64,000 nt of DNA from a virus (Duplodnaviria > Caudoviricetes). A program made the translations under genes and the position numbers. The stretch is from the IMG/VR virus record IMGVR_UViG_3300032330_000956, positions 15,300 through 79,299 of that record; one strand, given 5' to 3'. Positions within the stretch are counted from its first letter, which is position 1, and each line of letters begins with the position of its first letter. Under the pieces are notes generated by a model that saw only the letters and a program-made list of their open reading frames with translations, did not search any database and was not told the origin of the DNA. This document shows, piece after piece, positions 40,880 to 51,882 of this stretch.

Positions 40880-42460
40880 TTATTTTTGGGTTCTTCCCTC
40901 GCCCTTTGGGTTTCTTGCTTCGCCTTGCGTATCTGTTGCATTAATTTTACGCTGCTGATCTCTTTGTCTTGTGCCATTTTCTTGAGTTTTTGTTTCTGCT
41001 GCATCTTTTGCACCAATTACTAGTGGCTCATCCCCACCCTTTCTTGGTGGAAGACCCTTGCGAAGTCTAACATCGTTAGGAACAATAACCTGGTCCTTAA
41101 GATAAACATCATCAATTCTTGCTTGCATTTCTTCATCTGTAAGAGTAAGTTCATTAAATCTAATTGTAAAAGCATCAGTCATTTCACTAATTAATTTATT
41201 AAGCTTGTACTCAAAGTAGTCCTGTTGTGGTCGACAAACCTGCTCTTTAAATGTTTTGTCTGCATCTCTTGCTCCCGCCAAAGATGTTCCTTGCGGAGTA
41301 CCTAATTTGCTAATTGGGACACGGTGAGCCAAAAGAATACGATCACGACTTTCAATTGCGTATTCCTTAAATGAAGAATCCTGAATACCTGCTTCAATTG
41401 GCTCCATATTAAATTCTACACGAGCATTTTCTCCATCAGATGGGAGCGGGATGTAAAGGGTTCTATGATTTCTTCCACGAAGCCCAGTTTGGAAAAACTC
41501 CAAAAGCTTTCTCTCAGAATCTGGATTAAGTTTTGCTCCCTTTACTGTAATAATATAGCGTGGAACAGCCTTATTCTCAAAGTAATCTAAATTAAATCTT
41601 TGAGCAAATTCATCACCAGCGATAGCGTTTTTTGCGGAAATAACATCTGGGACACCATAGTATGTGTTGGTTGGAGTATATTTTTTAAAATGAATTACTT
41701 CATTTGGTCGTGGGTCTGTACCAATTTGATCTTCTGTTGTTGTGTCCCCATAATTTCTAAAAAATGTATAACGGTTATAAACAACCTGAACAAAGCCATC
41801 TCTGTGACGGCGAACACGCATTGTGATAGATGGAATATGACCAATGTATCCAATTTTGCCAGAAGAAGTTCTACCAATTTCTAAATAAGAATTTCCAGTA
41901 ACTTCTAAATCTGTGCAAACCTTTTTCATTGTTTCAAGGAAGCCATCATCAGAATTCATGCTTTCCAGATATTGTCTAAGATCTTGTTTTCCACGAGAAA
42001 TCTTTCTGCGTAACTTGTCTAGTTTATCTTCATCCTGAAGAACATCTTCTACCTTATCCAAAGTTCTTTGAGTTTCTTCAAAGTCGTAACCAAGTCCAAT
42101 AATATTTGCAGTCTTGGCTTCAACTGCTGCGTGATGAAATGGGGAAAGGTCAAAGAGTTGTGACAGATACATAACATTGTATGGTGGCTGCACAATCATA
42201 AATAAAGAATAGCCTGTTAGGTCAAGTGGGTCAAGCTTTTTTGACTTTGCTCCATCAATTCCAGTAAATGATTTTTCTAAACGATTTGCTCTACGCTTAA
42301 AATTTTCATTAAGTCCTTCTACCTTTTTTAAATCATCCCAGCTTTTTGAAAAAGGGTCTTCAAATTCTAATTCTTGAACTCTAGGGGAATAATCTCTATC
42401 TGTTCTAATTTGAACAAAATTTGAATCATCATCGTCATCTACTGGCACTAAACTTGTCAT
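40880..42460 (-). CDS. portal protein
   Basis: DLEVTGNSYLEIGR, EVIHFKKYTP..YYGVP, F.N.AVPRYII, PN.VR...GLPP..GGD. Confidence 0.9.
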   Translation of the reverse strand: MTSLVPVDDDDDSNFVQIRTDRDYSPRVQELEFEDPFSKSWDDLKKVEGLNENFKRRANRLEKSFTGIDGAKSKKLDPLDLTGYSLFMIVQPPYNVMYLSQLFDLSPFHHAAVEAKTANIIGLGYDFEETQRTLDKVEDVLQDEDKLDKLRRKISRGKQDLRQYLESMNSDDGFLETMKKVCTDLEVTGNSYLEIGRTSSGKIGYIGHIPSITMRVRRHRDGFVQVVYNRYTFFRNYGDTTTEDQIGTDPRPNEVIHFKKYTPTNTYYGVPDVISAKNAIAGDEFAQRFNLDYFENKAVPRYIITVKGAKLNPDSERKLLEFFQTGLRGRNHRTLYIPLPSDGENARVEFNMEPIEAGIQDSSFKEYAIESRDRILLAHRVPISKLGTPQGTSLAGARDADKTFKEQVCRPQQDYFEYKLNKLISEMTDAFTIRFNELTLTDEEMQARIDDVYLKDQVIVPNDVRLRKGLPPRKGGDEPLVIGAKDAAETKTQENGTRQRDQQRKINATDTQGEARNPKGEGRTQK

Positions 42461-42801
42461 TATTTATAAAGCCCTAATTTTCTTTTTTGCTGGATATCTT
42501 CTTTGATGGCGGGAACATCAAGTTCGTCTGGAACGAGTCCCACTTCCATTCTTTGTCTCTGCAATTCATATTCTTCTTCGGTTACTCTTCTATGTGCAGA
42601 AAACCAAACTGGCTTTCCTGCTTCAAGTCCATAAGATTTTGCAGCATCTTTAAGTCTTTTAATTCTTACAATATCGCCTTTCATTGCAGCGACATTTAAA
42701 TAATTTCTATCTTCATCCATAACCAAAGATCCATCTGGCATTTCCCAAAGATATAAGCCATAGCTGACTTCATCAATTTCTGTTACTTTCATTCTACTCA
42801 T
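42460..42801 (-). CDS. hypothetical protein upstream of portal
   Basis: 113 aa; likely leaderless (TGGTAAAAT-N6-ATG). Confidence 0.7.
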   Translation of the reverse strand: MSRMKVTEIDEVSYGLYLWEMPDGSLVMDEDRNYLNVAAMKGDIVRIKRLKDAAKSYGLEAGKPVWFSAHRRVTEEEYELQRQRMEVGLVPDELDVPAIKEDIQQKRKLGLYK

Positions 42802-42851
42802 GAATAAATTTTACCATTATTGCTAATGAAAACGAAATTATTGAACATATA

Positions 42852-45800
42852 TTAACCAATTTTTGTTATGACAAACTTATCTGTTGATGAACTAGATACC
42901 ACTTTTGTTGTATTGTTATCTATAATTTTTGTGGGAACTTTTCCAATAAATTGATTATATCTTGAAAGTATATTACTTGATGTTGGGGCAGAGTTCCAAA
43001 ACTGAAGATATCCAAATGTAGATTTATTAGAATTTGAAGGAACTACTGTGTTGTTTCCATTTAAGTATAAGTTGGAATTATTAGATGCTGATAAAACAAG
43101 TGCTACATGATAAAGTTCATTTGTTGATGCTCCATAAGTATTGTCAGATACTGATGCACCATTTATGTAAAGTGTCCCGCCCAAAGATTGAAATTTGGAT
43201 GATGCGCTAATCCAAATTGCGGGACTTGGCAAAGAGCTGCTGGTATTATTCAAAATATAAGAATTTCCTAATTTTGATGAAGATAAGTTTGAGTCACCAT
43301 TCCAAGAAATAAAGCTAGAGTCAATATATTGATTTGCGGAACCTGATTGCTCAAGCATAACCCCATCAATTAAGAACCTTTGTCCAGCAATAGCACTTGC
43401 TGTAGGATTTGCATTGTTGCAAACAAAAAGTTTTAAGAATTTTGTTGATGCTGATGTAGTAAAAGTATTTACAACTCTAGTCCATTGAGAACTACTTCCT
43501 TCAACATATGAATTAAGGCTTGCTGATGCTTCTAGCATAACCCCATCTATATATAAATTTGAGTTTAATTTAACTCCATCTGGTTCAAAGCCAATACTCC
43601 ATCTGGCACTAGCATATAATTGATTTACTGTTTTGGAAACCCTTGTCCAAGTTGCAGCAGGAATAGTAAAAAGACTTCCTCCATCATATAGAGCACCGCC
43701 ATTATCTCTAAAAATAATTCTCATACTTGCTGTTGTTGGTGAATAAACATATGCACTAAAAGTATATGATCCCGTACCAGATCCTACATCCACATTTGCA
43801 AAAGCGTAGCATACAGAAGATGTTGATGATGATCCAATTGAAAGATTTAAACTATTGTTTCCAAAATAAGAATATGCCGATGAAGTTTGAATACTAGCTG
43901 ATACATTAGACCTAGTAAGTGCCCAGCCAGAACTTCCGCTTTCAAATGACGGATTTGCAATAAGATTTCCAGTATAAACATATCTAACATTGTTTTGATT
44001 ATATTGGAAACCGATAGTTGATGCAGAATTTTTATCATGGACAATATTTCCCAAAAATATGCTATTTGTTCCTGGTGCGGGCTTAACATAATATGAAAAA
44101 GTGTATGTTGTTGATGGATTTGCTGGGATATCGCTGCCTACCACCACGCCTGAATAAAATCTTGCAGCTTGTGTAACCTGTAAAGAATTTAATCCAAATA
44201 GTGAATCGTATGATGCTGATGTAATTGAAGCAGTATCATTTCCGCTCCATCCAGTGCTACCACTTTCAAATGATGGATTTGTAACAAAATTTCCAGCATA
44301 AGTTCCGTCAAAATAGGTTCCAACACTTGAAGATAATTCTAGCATAACTGCATCTACATAAAAAGACTTTCCATTCCCTGAGTCAGATGCGGAATAAATT
44401 GGCATTGTTGAAAGAACTCCAGGATAAAGTTTTGTTGCTCCAACTGGAGCACTTGCGGTAACAGAAGCTCTTGTCCACGCAGAAGATGAAATACTTGTAC
44501 TACTGGTTGTTATTCCCAAATAATTATTGGCAGATCCATACCAAATTAAAACTCCATTAACGGGAGAGCCAGTATTAACATCTTTTACATAGCCTGAAAA
44601 AGTATATGTTTTTCCACTTTCAACTACAAATGGTTGATAAGAAGTGTCAACCGAGACAAATCCAGGGTATCCTGGAGAAACTATATAACTTGCTGTGACA
44701 AGAAGGGATGATGCTCCCAAAAAACTTGTTGAAGATGTTATTGTTAAAAAGCTGGTTTGTTCAAAAAATCCACTATAATTTTCAAAGGAGGGATTTTGAA
44801 TAAGATTTGTTCTATATGAATCTATGGAATCTGGTCTGTACCAAAATTCAACTGCGCTGTAATTTGTTGATGCAGGAACATTAATTAATCCATATCCCTG
44901 AACTTTGTTATCATCCCCCGTAAACTTCATCCCGAAGTTATTTGAACGGGAAAAGATAGAATTCTCTTCTGTAGAAACAGTAAAGTTTGCATATGTTCCA
45001 GAAGAACTTGTTAGCTTGTAATAGTCAAGATCCGAGTGTAGATAAAGATCTGTATAAACATTCCAAGAAATTTCGTTAAAGGATTGATATTTTGTATCTA
45101 AAGGGTAGTCTGTATTTAAAACAACTTTAACCATAATATTTTGTGCTGTTGATTCAGTATCGTATCTTGTTGCCGTTTCATTTCTTTTAACTGGATAAAA
45201 TGTTGAACCACTATCTGTAGAGATATAAACAAGGCAATTATCCATGCCCCGCCAATCAAATGAAACTCCATCTACATAATAATTTTGAATATTTGCTGAT
45301 GGAATATTGTATGTCCAGTTACCTGTCTGACTCAAAATAAATGGATAAGATGAATTTGTTAATTTAGCCATAAAAGTAGATGTGTTGGCAAAATCAAATG
45401 TAGCAAAGGATGTTGGAGCTAAATCTGTAATTCCAAAATTTTTAATCTTTGAATAAAAAGTTTTTAGACTATGATAAGAATTTCCAACTGTAACAAGTGC
45501 TTGCCTGTCCATAGAAAGCGGGAAGTATGTTGGGCTGGAAGATGTTAAAAATACTGTTGAGCTTGATCCATTTTCACTTGTATAGAAAACAATACTAGAA
45601 CTATTAAATAACACCCCGATGTTTGCTGATGTTGCTGATGCACCTGCATTGTGATTAATTAGTGTTGTTGTTGCATCTTGGTAAGGATCATATAATCTAA
45701 CATAATACCTGCTACTGCTAGATGCGTAATCATACTCAAGATAGAGATATTTTCCATCTACGTTGCTTATGCTAAAAATATATTCATTTAATGCAGTTGT

Positions 45801-47009
45801 TCTAAAAACTTGAGCACTAAATACTGTTGAATTTTGTAAATTAAAGTAAATTGGCATGCTGTAAATATCTAATCCCGCCGATCCAGAAATAGATAACCCA
45901 GATGAACTATTTGTAGAGTAACTTGCTGACAAATCATACGAATTATTAAATGCTGGCTGCGTAATATTAATTGGTGACAAACCATTTCCTGTTACATCTA
46001 AGTTATAAACAAATCCATTTTTATTAAAGTTGTCTCCATAAATTGATTGATAATAACCTAAATCAGACTGCATCTCTTCCATCTTGAATAAGGATGTACT
46101 TGCAGAAAGTATTGATTGATATACTGGTTTTTCATCATTTCCCGCCCACATTAAGTGTTGTTGAATTTGAGCATCTGTCAATTTATAAGTAAAGAAAGCA
46201 AGGCTACTTACTAAATAATTTGTGGGCAGTGTGGATGTTCCAGTAATCGAACTTCCATCAATATTAAAAGTTAAATAAGTTTTTAAATAATTTTTCATCA
46301 CAGAGGTATCGTTTACTGATCCATTTATACCATCTCTTGCATTAACATTTAAAGACAATGCTCCATTTGAATAGTTAGCAACAATATAAAAACTTCTGTC
46401 AAAATTATCTACTACATAATAAGCGTCTGAATTATTAGATCCACTAAAAGAAAAACGAATTGTATTAGATAGGTAATCATAATATATTCTTGATATAATA
46501 TTATCTATCTTGCCCCAACGATAAGGGTCAGTTGATGGTCTTACATTTTTTGATGGGGGAATTTTGTCGGAGGTGGCTACTAGATTTACATAAACATCTC
46601 CCTCGTAATCTACCTTTGTCCCAACTGAATAACCAGTATACTGATCCCAAATTTCATTTGCAAAATTTTTTACATAAAAAATATCTAATTGATTTGATGC
46701 ATATGGGCTTGTTTCATTTCCCGCACCTGTTAATTGATTGTTGAAATTAAACCATAAAGCAATTGTAAAGTTTTTATTATCAAAATATTTAGAAAATACT
46801 TCGTATGTTCCCGCCGTATTTGAAATAACAACACTTGATGTATTTGAAATTTTTAATGCTGACCCACTATTTGCAATAATTGGCGGGGATAAATATGAAG
46901 TTGCGGTCAATACTGCATTATTAGCATTTGCAGTTAAATCATTTGCAGTATTATTAAAAGACCAATAACCAATTGGATTGTCTTTTAAAATTTTTAAATC
47001 ATATGACAT
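42852..47009 (-). CDS. large LamG/concanavalin + carbohydrate-binding-module virion protein
   Basis: LamG-like D.PIGYW.F, FTIALWF; three N(L/F)(I/V).NPSFE CBM4/9-like repeats; CBM5/12-like W...Y.VG..V.Y.G.VY insert. Confidence 0.7.
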   Translation of the reverse strand: MSYDLKILKDNPIGYWSFNNTANDLTANANNAVLTATSYLSPPIIANSGSALKISNTSSVVISNTAGTYEVFSKYFDNKNFTIALWFNFNNQLTGAGNETSPYASNQLDIFYVKNFANEIWDQYTGYSVGTKVDYEGDVYVNLVATSDKIPPSKNVRPSTDPYRWGKIDNIISRIYYDYLSNTIRFSFSGSNNSDAYYVVDNFDRSFYIVANYSNGALSLNVNARDGINGSVNDTSVMKNYLKTYLTFNIDGSSITGTSTLPTNYLVSSLAFFTYKLTDAQIQQHLMWAGNDEKPVYQSILSASTSLFKMEEMQSDLGYYQSIYGDNFNKNGFVYNLDVTGNGLSPINITQPAFNNSYDLSASYSTNSSSGLSISGSAGLDIYSMPIYFNLQNSTVFSAQVFRTTALNEYIFSISNVDGKYLYLEYDYASSSSRYYVRLYDPYQDATTTLINHNAGASATSANIGVLFNSSSIVFYTSENGSSSTVFLTSSSPTYFPLSMDRQALVTVGNSYHSLKTFYSKIKNFGITDLAPTSFATFDFANTSTFMAKLTNSSYPFILSQTGNWTYNIPSANIQNYYVDGVSFDWRGMDNCLVYISTDSGSTFYPVKRNETATRYDTESTAQNIMVKVVLNTDYPLDTKYQSFNEISWNVYTDLYLHSDLDYYKLTSSSGTYANFTVSTEENSIFSRSNNFGMKFTGDDNKVQGYGLINVPASTNYSAVEFWYRPDSIDSYRTNLIQNPSFENYSGFFEQTSFLTITSSTSFLGASSLLVTASYIVSPGYPGFVSVDTSYQPFVVESGKTYTFSGYVKDVNTGSPVNGVLIWYGSANNYLGITTSSTSISSSAWTRASVTASAPVGATKLYPGVLSTMPIYSASDSGNGKSFYVDAVMLELSSSVGTYFDGTYAGNFVTNPSFESGSTGWSGNDTASITSASYDSLFGLNSLQVTQAARFYSGVVVGSDIPANPSTTYTFSYYVKPAPGTNSIFLGNIVHDKNSASTIGFQYNQNNVRYVYTGNLIANPSFESGSSGWALTRSNVSASIQTSSAYSYFGNNSLNLSIGSSSTSSVCYAFANVDVGSGTGSYTFSAYVYSPTTASMRIIFRDNGGALYDGGSLFTIPAATWTRVSKTVNQLYASARWSIGFEPDGVKLNSNLYIDGVMLEASASLNSYVEGSSSQWTRVVNTFTTSASTKFLKLFVCNNANPTASAIAGQRFLIDGVMLEQSGSANQYIDSSFISWNGDSNLSSSKLGNSYILNNTSSSLPSPAIWISASSKFQSLGGTLYINGASVSDNTYGASTNELYHVALVLSASNNSNLYLNGNNTVVPSNSNKSTFGYLQFWNSAPTSSNILSRYNQFIGKVPTKIIDNNTTKVVSSSSTDKFVITKIG

Positions 47010-47040
47010 TTATCTATTATACCTTAGTTTAATTTATTCA

Positions 47041-47967
47041 TTAGGACCAAGACCCTGTTGCACCAAATGGCATTTCGTAAATTTCTATAAAAGATCCTGG
47101 TTGGATATCTGGGGTCGCTGCAACTAATGCATTTGCTGCCGTGCCCTGTCCAAACATTAAAGAAAAAGTTCCTCCAACAGAAGCGTTTGTTCTAATAAAT
47201 CCTTGATAGTTAATCGATATTGATGCTGATGCACTTGTAGCAGTATTAGAAACAAGAAAAGAGTTTCCAGGAATTATTGTGTGCCCAACACCAGTTGAAA
47301 TGGAAGCCAAATTGTATCCAGCTGCAGATAACACAAAGTTTTGAGTTGAAGCTGAAACGGACGCTCCAATTAAAACACCATTTGCTGTACCAGCAAAAGA
47401 TGCACGAGTACCATAAAGGACTCCTCTAAATTGATAGAATGTGTTAGCTTTAAGATTAAAAGCACCGCTTGAAGTTCCAGTCGAACCTGCAAAAACTGGC
47501 TCTAATACTGCTGATGCTGTATGTGTTTTTACTGATGTAACCACAGCAGAAAATGCGGGACCAGTTCCAATGGACACTACGCTTCCAGATGTTGGAAGGG
47601 TTAGTGATGTACTTCCTGTTGTATTAAGTATTAGGTTGTTTGAACCAGATATTGTCAAATTACCGCCCAGAACTAAATTACCGCCCAAACTAATAGTTCT
47701 TCCAGTATTGGATGATCCAGTTCCACCATATTGACCAGAAAGAATACCAGAGTTAATGCTTGATGCACTTATATTTAAAAGATAGCTTCCATCTGTTGCA
47801 TAAGGCAAAAGTGCCCAGCTACTGGTACCCGTTCCAATTTTAAACTTTCCAGTGTCTAACTCAAATCCTATTTCACCCGCAGCAAGTTGCGGGTTTACAG
47901 AACTCCAAGCAGAAGCTGAGTCTCTTCTAATTTGTATTTGTGTAATTCTAGCCATTATAACCCCCAC
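47041..47967 (-). CDS. tail fibre/spike protein with Mtd-N/hyaluronidase-like N-terminus
   Basis: QIQIRRDSASAW...NP.LA.GEIGFELDTGKFKIG.G...W..LPY. Confidence 0.75.
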   Translation of the reverse strand: MGVIMARITQIQIRRDSASAWSSVNPQLAAGEIGFELDTGKFKIGTGTSSWALLPYATDGSYLLNISASSINSGILSGQYGGTGSSNTGRTISLGGNLVLGGNLTISGSNNLILNTTGSTSLTLPTSGSVVSIGTGPAFSAVVTSVKTHTASAVLEPVFAGSTGTSSGAFNLKANTFYQFRGVLYGTRASFAGTANGVLIGASVSASTQNFVLSAAGYNLASISTGVGHTIIPGNSFLVSNTATSASASISINYQGFIRTNASVGGTFSLMFGQGTAANALVAATPDIQPGSFIEIYEMPFGATGSWS

Positions 47968-48719
47968 TTAGCTTTCAAATAATTTTCTATACCAATTCTT
48001 AAATTATCGCTAGTATTATTGTAAGCAACAACTTCAGCAATTGAATTAAGTCCATCAATTCCGTATAGAGCCTGAGATGAAATAAATGCGCCACCATTTG
48101 TATAGTGATGTTTTAAAACACTATTTTGATAAAGTTTGGCGTTGTTGCCATCAAAGGTGAATGAATTTACACTGTAGGATGCTGAAGAAAGTGTTGCTGT
48201 ATTTGGAATAATATCGGTATTTGCATTATTTGTATCTAGATAGCCATCCATTCCATAACCAGAATAGTGCTGAATTGAAGCTTCATTTCCATCGGTATTG
48301 CCAACATAAATAAGGTGACCTGTAACAACAGGCGCAGTTAATCTATCCGCTTTTGCAACTACAAAAAAGGACAAACTTGAATTTCCAGCCCAAGGATTTG
48401 TTTCGGTTGCACTATAATAAGATAGTTGTAGACCTGGTTGAACACCTTCCTCAAAGTCTACAATATTCTTTCCGTTTAATTGTGTTACTCCACTTCTTGA
48501 AACACTATAGGTCCCTGTTGTCAAAACTACTGTTGTTAATGTACCCTTATTTTGCCAAGCTGTAATAAGATTGGTTGATCCTGTTGTAATTGTTGATGTA
48601 TCCGATGCGTCAAACCATAGCAATGGGGGAAATTGTGATGGATTAACAATATTTTCTCTAGATAAAACTGAATGCATTCCAGGCATTATGCCACCGCCAA
48701 ATCTCCAAACACTACCCAA
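47955..48719 (-). CDS. LamG-like virion protein (true start probably ATG at 48686)
   Basis: LWFDASD.STIT, W.NKG, IAEVVAYN...IENYLKAKWGL. Confidence 0.7.
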   Translation of the reverse strand: MGSVWRFGGGIMPGMHSVLSRENIVNPSQFPPLLWFDASDTSTITTGSTNLITAWQNKGTLTTVVLTTGTYSVSRSGVTQLNGKNIVDFEEGVQPGLQLSYYSATETNPWAGNSSLSFFVVAKADRLTAPVVTGHLIYVGNTDGNEASIQHYSGYGMDGYLDTNNANTDIIPNTATLSSASYSVNSFTFDGNNAKLYQNSVLKHHYTNGGAFISSQALYGIDGLNSIAEVVAYNNTSDNLRIGIENYLKAKWGL

Positions 48720-49102
48720 GTGTTTGCACTAATTTTTTGAACACCAAATCTAGAATATTGTGTTCTGGATTTAGCAGTTAGTCCTGATACATATAGGGTT
48801 GCTCCAGTACCCGCTGATACTGTAACCTGACCCGCCCCTAATTGCATTAAGTCTACATAAGTACCTATAGCAATAGTTGCAGCAGAATCTTGAGGAACGG
48901 TTAAGGTAATTGAAGATGAATTACTCAGAGTTATTAAATTTCCAGCATTTGATGCAGCTAAAGTGTAACTTGTTCCAGTCTGAGCATTTATAGTTTGTGC
49001 TGTAGACCAATCTCCATTAGTTCCATTAGCTCCATTTGTTCCGTTACCGCCCTGAAAAATATCTGTCCATGCAGAGCCATCCCAATATCTAGTTGTTGCC
49101 AT
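48686..49102 (-). CDS. small fibre-associated protein
   Basis: GNGTNGANGTNG collagen-like; INAQTGTSYTL...Q.GAGQVT...LRTQYS-like, WVVFGDL. Confidence 0.7.
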   Translation of the reverse strand: MATTRYWDGSAWTDIFQGGNGTNGANGTNGDWSTAQTINAQTGTSYTLAASNAGNLITLSNSSSITLTVPQDSAATIAIGTYVDLMQLGAGQVTVSAGTGATLYVSGLTAKSRTQYSRFGVQKISANTWVVFGDLAVA

Positions 49103-51882
49103 TATGCTGAACCTCCATCAATTGCACTAATAACATATGATGCACTTGGATTAATCCATATCGTACCAATTTCGGGGGCAGTTGGTGATGATGAAGATAC
49201 ATAAAGTTGCTTATAGTTTGTATCTAGTTGCCAAGTGCTTGATGATGTATATTTTAGTATACCAGAACCAGAATTTAAACCATAAAGAGTACCTGCGCTA
49301 GATGAGTATCCAGTAAATTGACCAGAAGCATTAATTGATGCTAATACTGATCCTGTTGAATTTTGCCATTGTTGCAAATCGGCGGTTTGAGATGCTGAGC
49401 TTTTAACAATAATTCCAGGAGTTATAGAACTAGATGTTTGTAAATCTAACATTGATGATGCTGTAGAGAATTGTGTTCCATTTGGAATATTAATAACTAA
49501 TCTTCCTGTCGATGTTACAGAAAGTAAGCTTGATCCTGTAGATGCTTGTATTTGTAACATATCTGCAGTATGACCTGCTACGGCTCTTCCCAAAAATGCA
49601 GCTGTTGAAGCAGTTGACAAGAGTGATCTAAATGCTGCAAGGTTATTTGTAGTATTTGAACCAAGACCACCATTAGAACTAATACCTTGAAGAGTTATTT
49701 GTCCAGATTTATTAATGGATAGGCTTGGAGTTGTTGCAGCTGAAGAGTTAAAAATTTCAATAGAGTTTGTACCTGAATCAAATGTTCCTGATGGTCTAAT
49801 AACAATGGCGGGATTTGATGATGCTGTTGCTATAGATAAATGAGCAGCACTTCCACCAGTTCCCGTAGAAGCCAATAATGGTCCCGCCGAACCTGTATAT
49901 ATAAATCCAGATGCAGTTACACCAGCAAGGATAGATGCTGATGAATTTTGCCATTGCTGAATATCTGCTATGCCACCTAAATTTTTTGCAATAAGTGGAA
50001 TCACCGTAGCGTTTTGAAAAGTTGTTGTGTAATTAAATACGGAGGTTCCTCCAGTAGTAAATCCTGCAGCAGAAATTACACCAACATTATTAACATAAGC
50101 TTTAACTGTAGATGCTGAATCTTGCCATTGCTGTAGGTCAACGGATTGAGATGCAGAACCTCTAACAATAATTCCAGAAGTTGTAGATCCCGATGTTGTT
50201 ACTGATAATTGGGGGGGTAAAGAAACAGTTCCTGGAGTTACAGCACTTGATGTAGCAAATGCAGTTGATTTAGAAATTAAAAATGAACTTGATGAAATAA
50301 TCGTATTTACATAAAAATTTCCATTATATTCGCTTGGTGACGCTCCAGTAATATAAACTATTTGACCGACAGATAGGTTGTTAGAAGATGCAGTGGTCGT
50401 AACCGATGCACCAAATGCTGAAGCATTTATAGATGATATTGTAGAAACTGTTGTCAAAATTGGTTGCGTAGCACCCGTGTACATCTGACCAATAGCATTG
50501 AATGCTGCTCTAGTAATTGTTTGAGAATTGTTTGTAATTTTTAACAAATCCCCACGATGATTTGCAGATGTTGGATATGCGTTAATAGGTGTGCCGTCAA
50601 TTGTTGATGGTTGGGCATTAAATGCTGCTCCTGAATATAAAACCATGTTTTGATCAACATATATATATGGCTGACCACCAGATGTTTGCAACTCAAAGGT
50701 ATTTGCTGTTCCAGCTGCATTCCTTCTGACAATAAGAGGTATTGTATTGGAAGCAGAACTTACTGCTGAAAGTTGAGCTTGTGTAGTCCCCGCCAAATTT
50801 GTAAGCGGTGCTACAGACCCCGTATATATTTGACCAGATGCGTTAAATCCAGCACTTGCAAATAATAACGATGTTGCGCTTCCACCCAAACCAACAGTTG
50901 TTGTTCCAATTGTAATTGTAGATGCAGATAGTCCAGATGCCGATAAATATCCAGCACTAGCAGCATACAAAGATGAACTAGAAACAGTTGGAATATTTGC
51001 TAGAACATATGCTTGAGTAGCAACATTTGATCCACTCAAGGTTAAAGCAGAAAAATTTGTTTGAGATGTAGTAGTTGAATTATTTGCTGAACTTGCATAT
51101 GTAGCACTTGCGGGAACATAAGATGAACTTAATCCTAAAATTGCAGAAGATGAAGTTCCAATATTTGTTATGGGATAATTAACTGAAATTACTCCAGATG
51201 AACCTGCGGTTCCAGCGGAAAAAATAATAAAAAGTAAGGCGTGGTTATTGGAAAAATTTGTTGTTCCCAAGCCAGATGAACTAATTAAAGTAACAGGAAA
51301 TAAATCCCAAGTTGTATTATCAATTGGGCTTCCAGAAACTTTCCATTTTTGATAATTAACTGCATCATTTTTATCTTGAATTATCAAAACATCTTCTTGC
51401 TTAATTAAATTAAGAAATATAGTATTATCTTGATTATCTGCATCAAGATGGTTTACTCTCAGTGCCGAAGAAGATATTTGAGTTGATGAACTCCATCCAA
51501 GTTGATTTATAGTTGGATCTCCGCTAGTTGTATTTGTTCTAGCATTGTAGTGATAATGTGTTGAGCTATCTCCAGTTGCACCTGCGGGACCAGTTAAACC
51601 TTGTGGTATTATAAAGTTTAAAATTGCAGCACTTGATGAACCAACATTGGTTACACTTGCAGATGATCCTGCAGACGCTGTGGTTGTAGAACCAACACTA
51701 ATTGTAGCAGCAGATCCCGTTGGTCCTTGTGGACCAGTTTCACCTGCGGAACCTGATGGTCCTTGTGGACCAGTTGCACCTGTAGGACCTTGTGCCCCTA
51801 AAGGTGAAATAACAACTTTATTTTCTTGTTGTGTAACAGTAACTTTATTTGTTACTGGATTAATAACTACAGAACCACTCAA
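49102..51882 (-). CDS. collagen-repeat tail fibre
   Basis: GPQGPTGATG Gly-X-Y repeats; repeated (Q)TADLQQWQNS modules. Confidence 0.8.
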   Translation of the reverse strand: MSGSVVINPVTNKVTVTQQENKVVISPLGAQGPTGATGPQGPSGSAGETGPQGPTGSAATISVGSTTTASAGSSASVTNVGSSSAAILNFIIPQGLTGPAGATGDSSTHYHYNARTNTTSGDPTINQLGWSSSTQISSSALRVNHLDADNQDNTIFLNLIKQEDVLIIQDKNDAVNYQKWKVSGSPIDNTTWDLFPVTLISSSGLGTTNFSNNHALLFIIFSAGTAGSSGVISVNYPITNIGTSSSAILGLSSSYVPASATYASSANNSTTTSQTNFSALTLSGSNVATQAYVLANIPTVSSSSLYAASAGYLSASGLSASTITIGTTTVGLGGSATSLLFASAGFNASGQIYTGSVAPLTNLAGTTQAQLSAVSSASNTIPLIVRRNAAGTANTFELQTSGGQPYIYVDQNMVLYSGAAFNAQPSTIDGTPINAYPTSANHRGDLLKITNNSQTITRAAFNAIGQMYTGATQPILTTVSTISSINASAFGASVTTTASSNNLSVGQIVYITGASPSEYNGNFYVNTIISSSSFLISKSTAFATSSAVTPGTVSLPPQLSVTTSGSTTSGIIVRGSASQSVDLQQWQDSASTVKAYVNNVGVISAAGFTTGGTSVFNYTTTFQNATVIPLIAKNLGGIADIQQWQNSSASILAGVTASGFIYTGSAGPLLASTGTGGSAAHLSIATASSNPAIVIRPSGTFDSGTNSIEIFNSSAATTPSLSINKSGQITLQGISSNGGLGSNTTNNLAAFRSLLSTASTAAFLGRAVAGHTADMLQIQASTGSSLLSVTSTGRLVINIPNGTQFSTASSMLDLQTSSSITPGIIVKSSASQTADLQQWQNSTGSVLASINASGQFTGYSSSAGTLYGLNSGSGILKYTSSSTWQLDTNYKQLYVSSSSPTAPEIGTIWINPSASYVISAIDGGSA

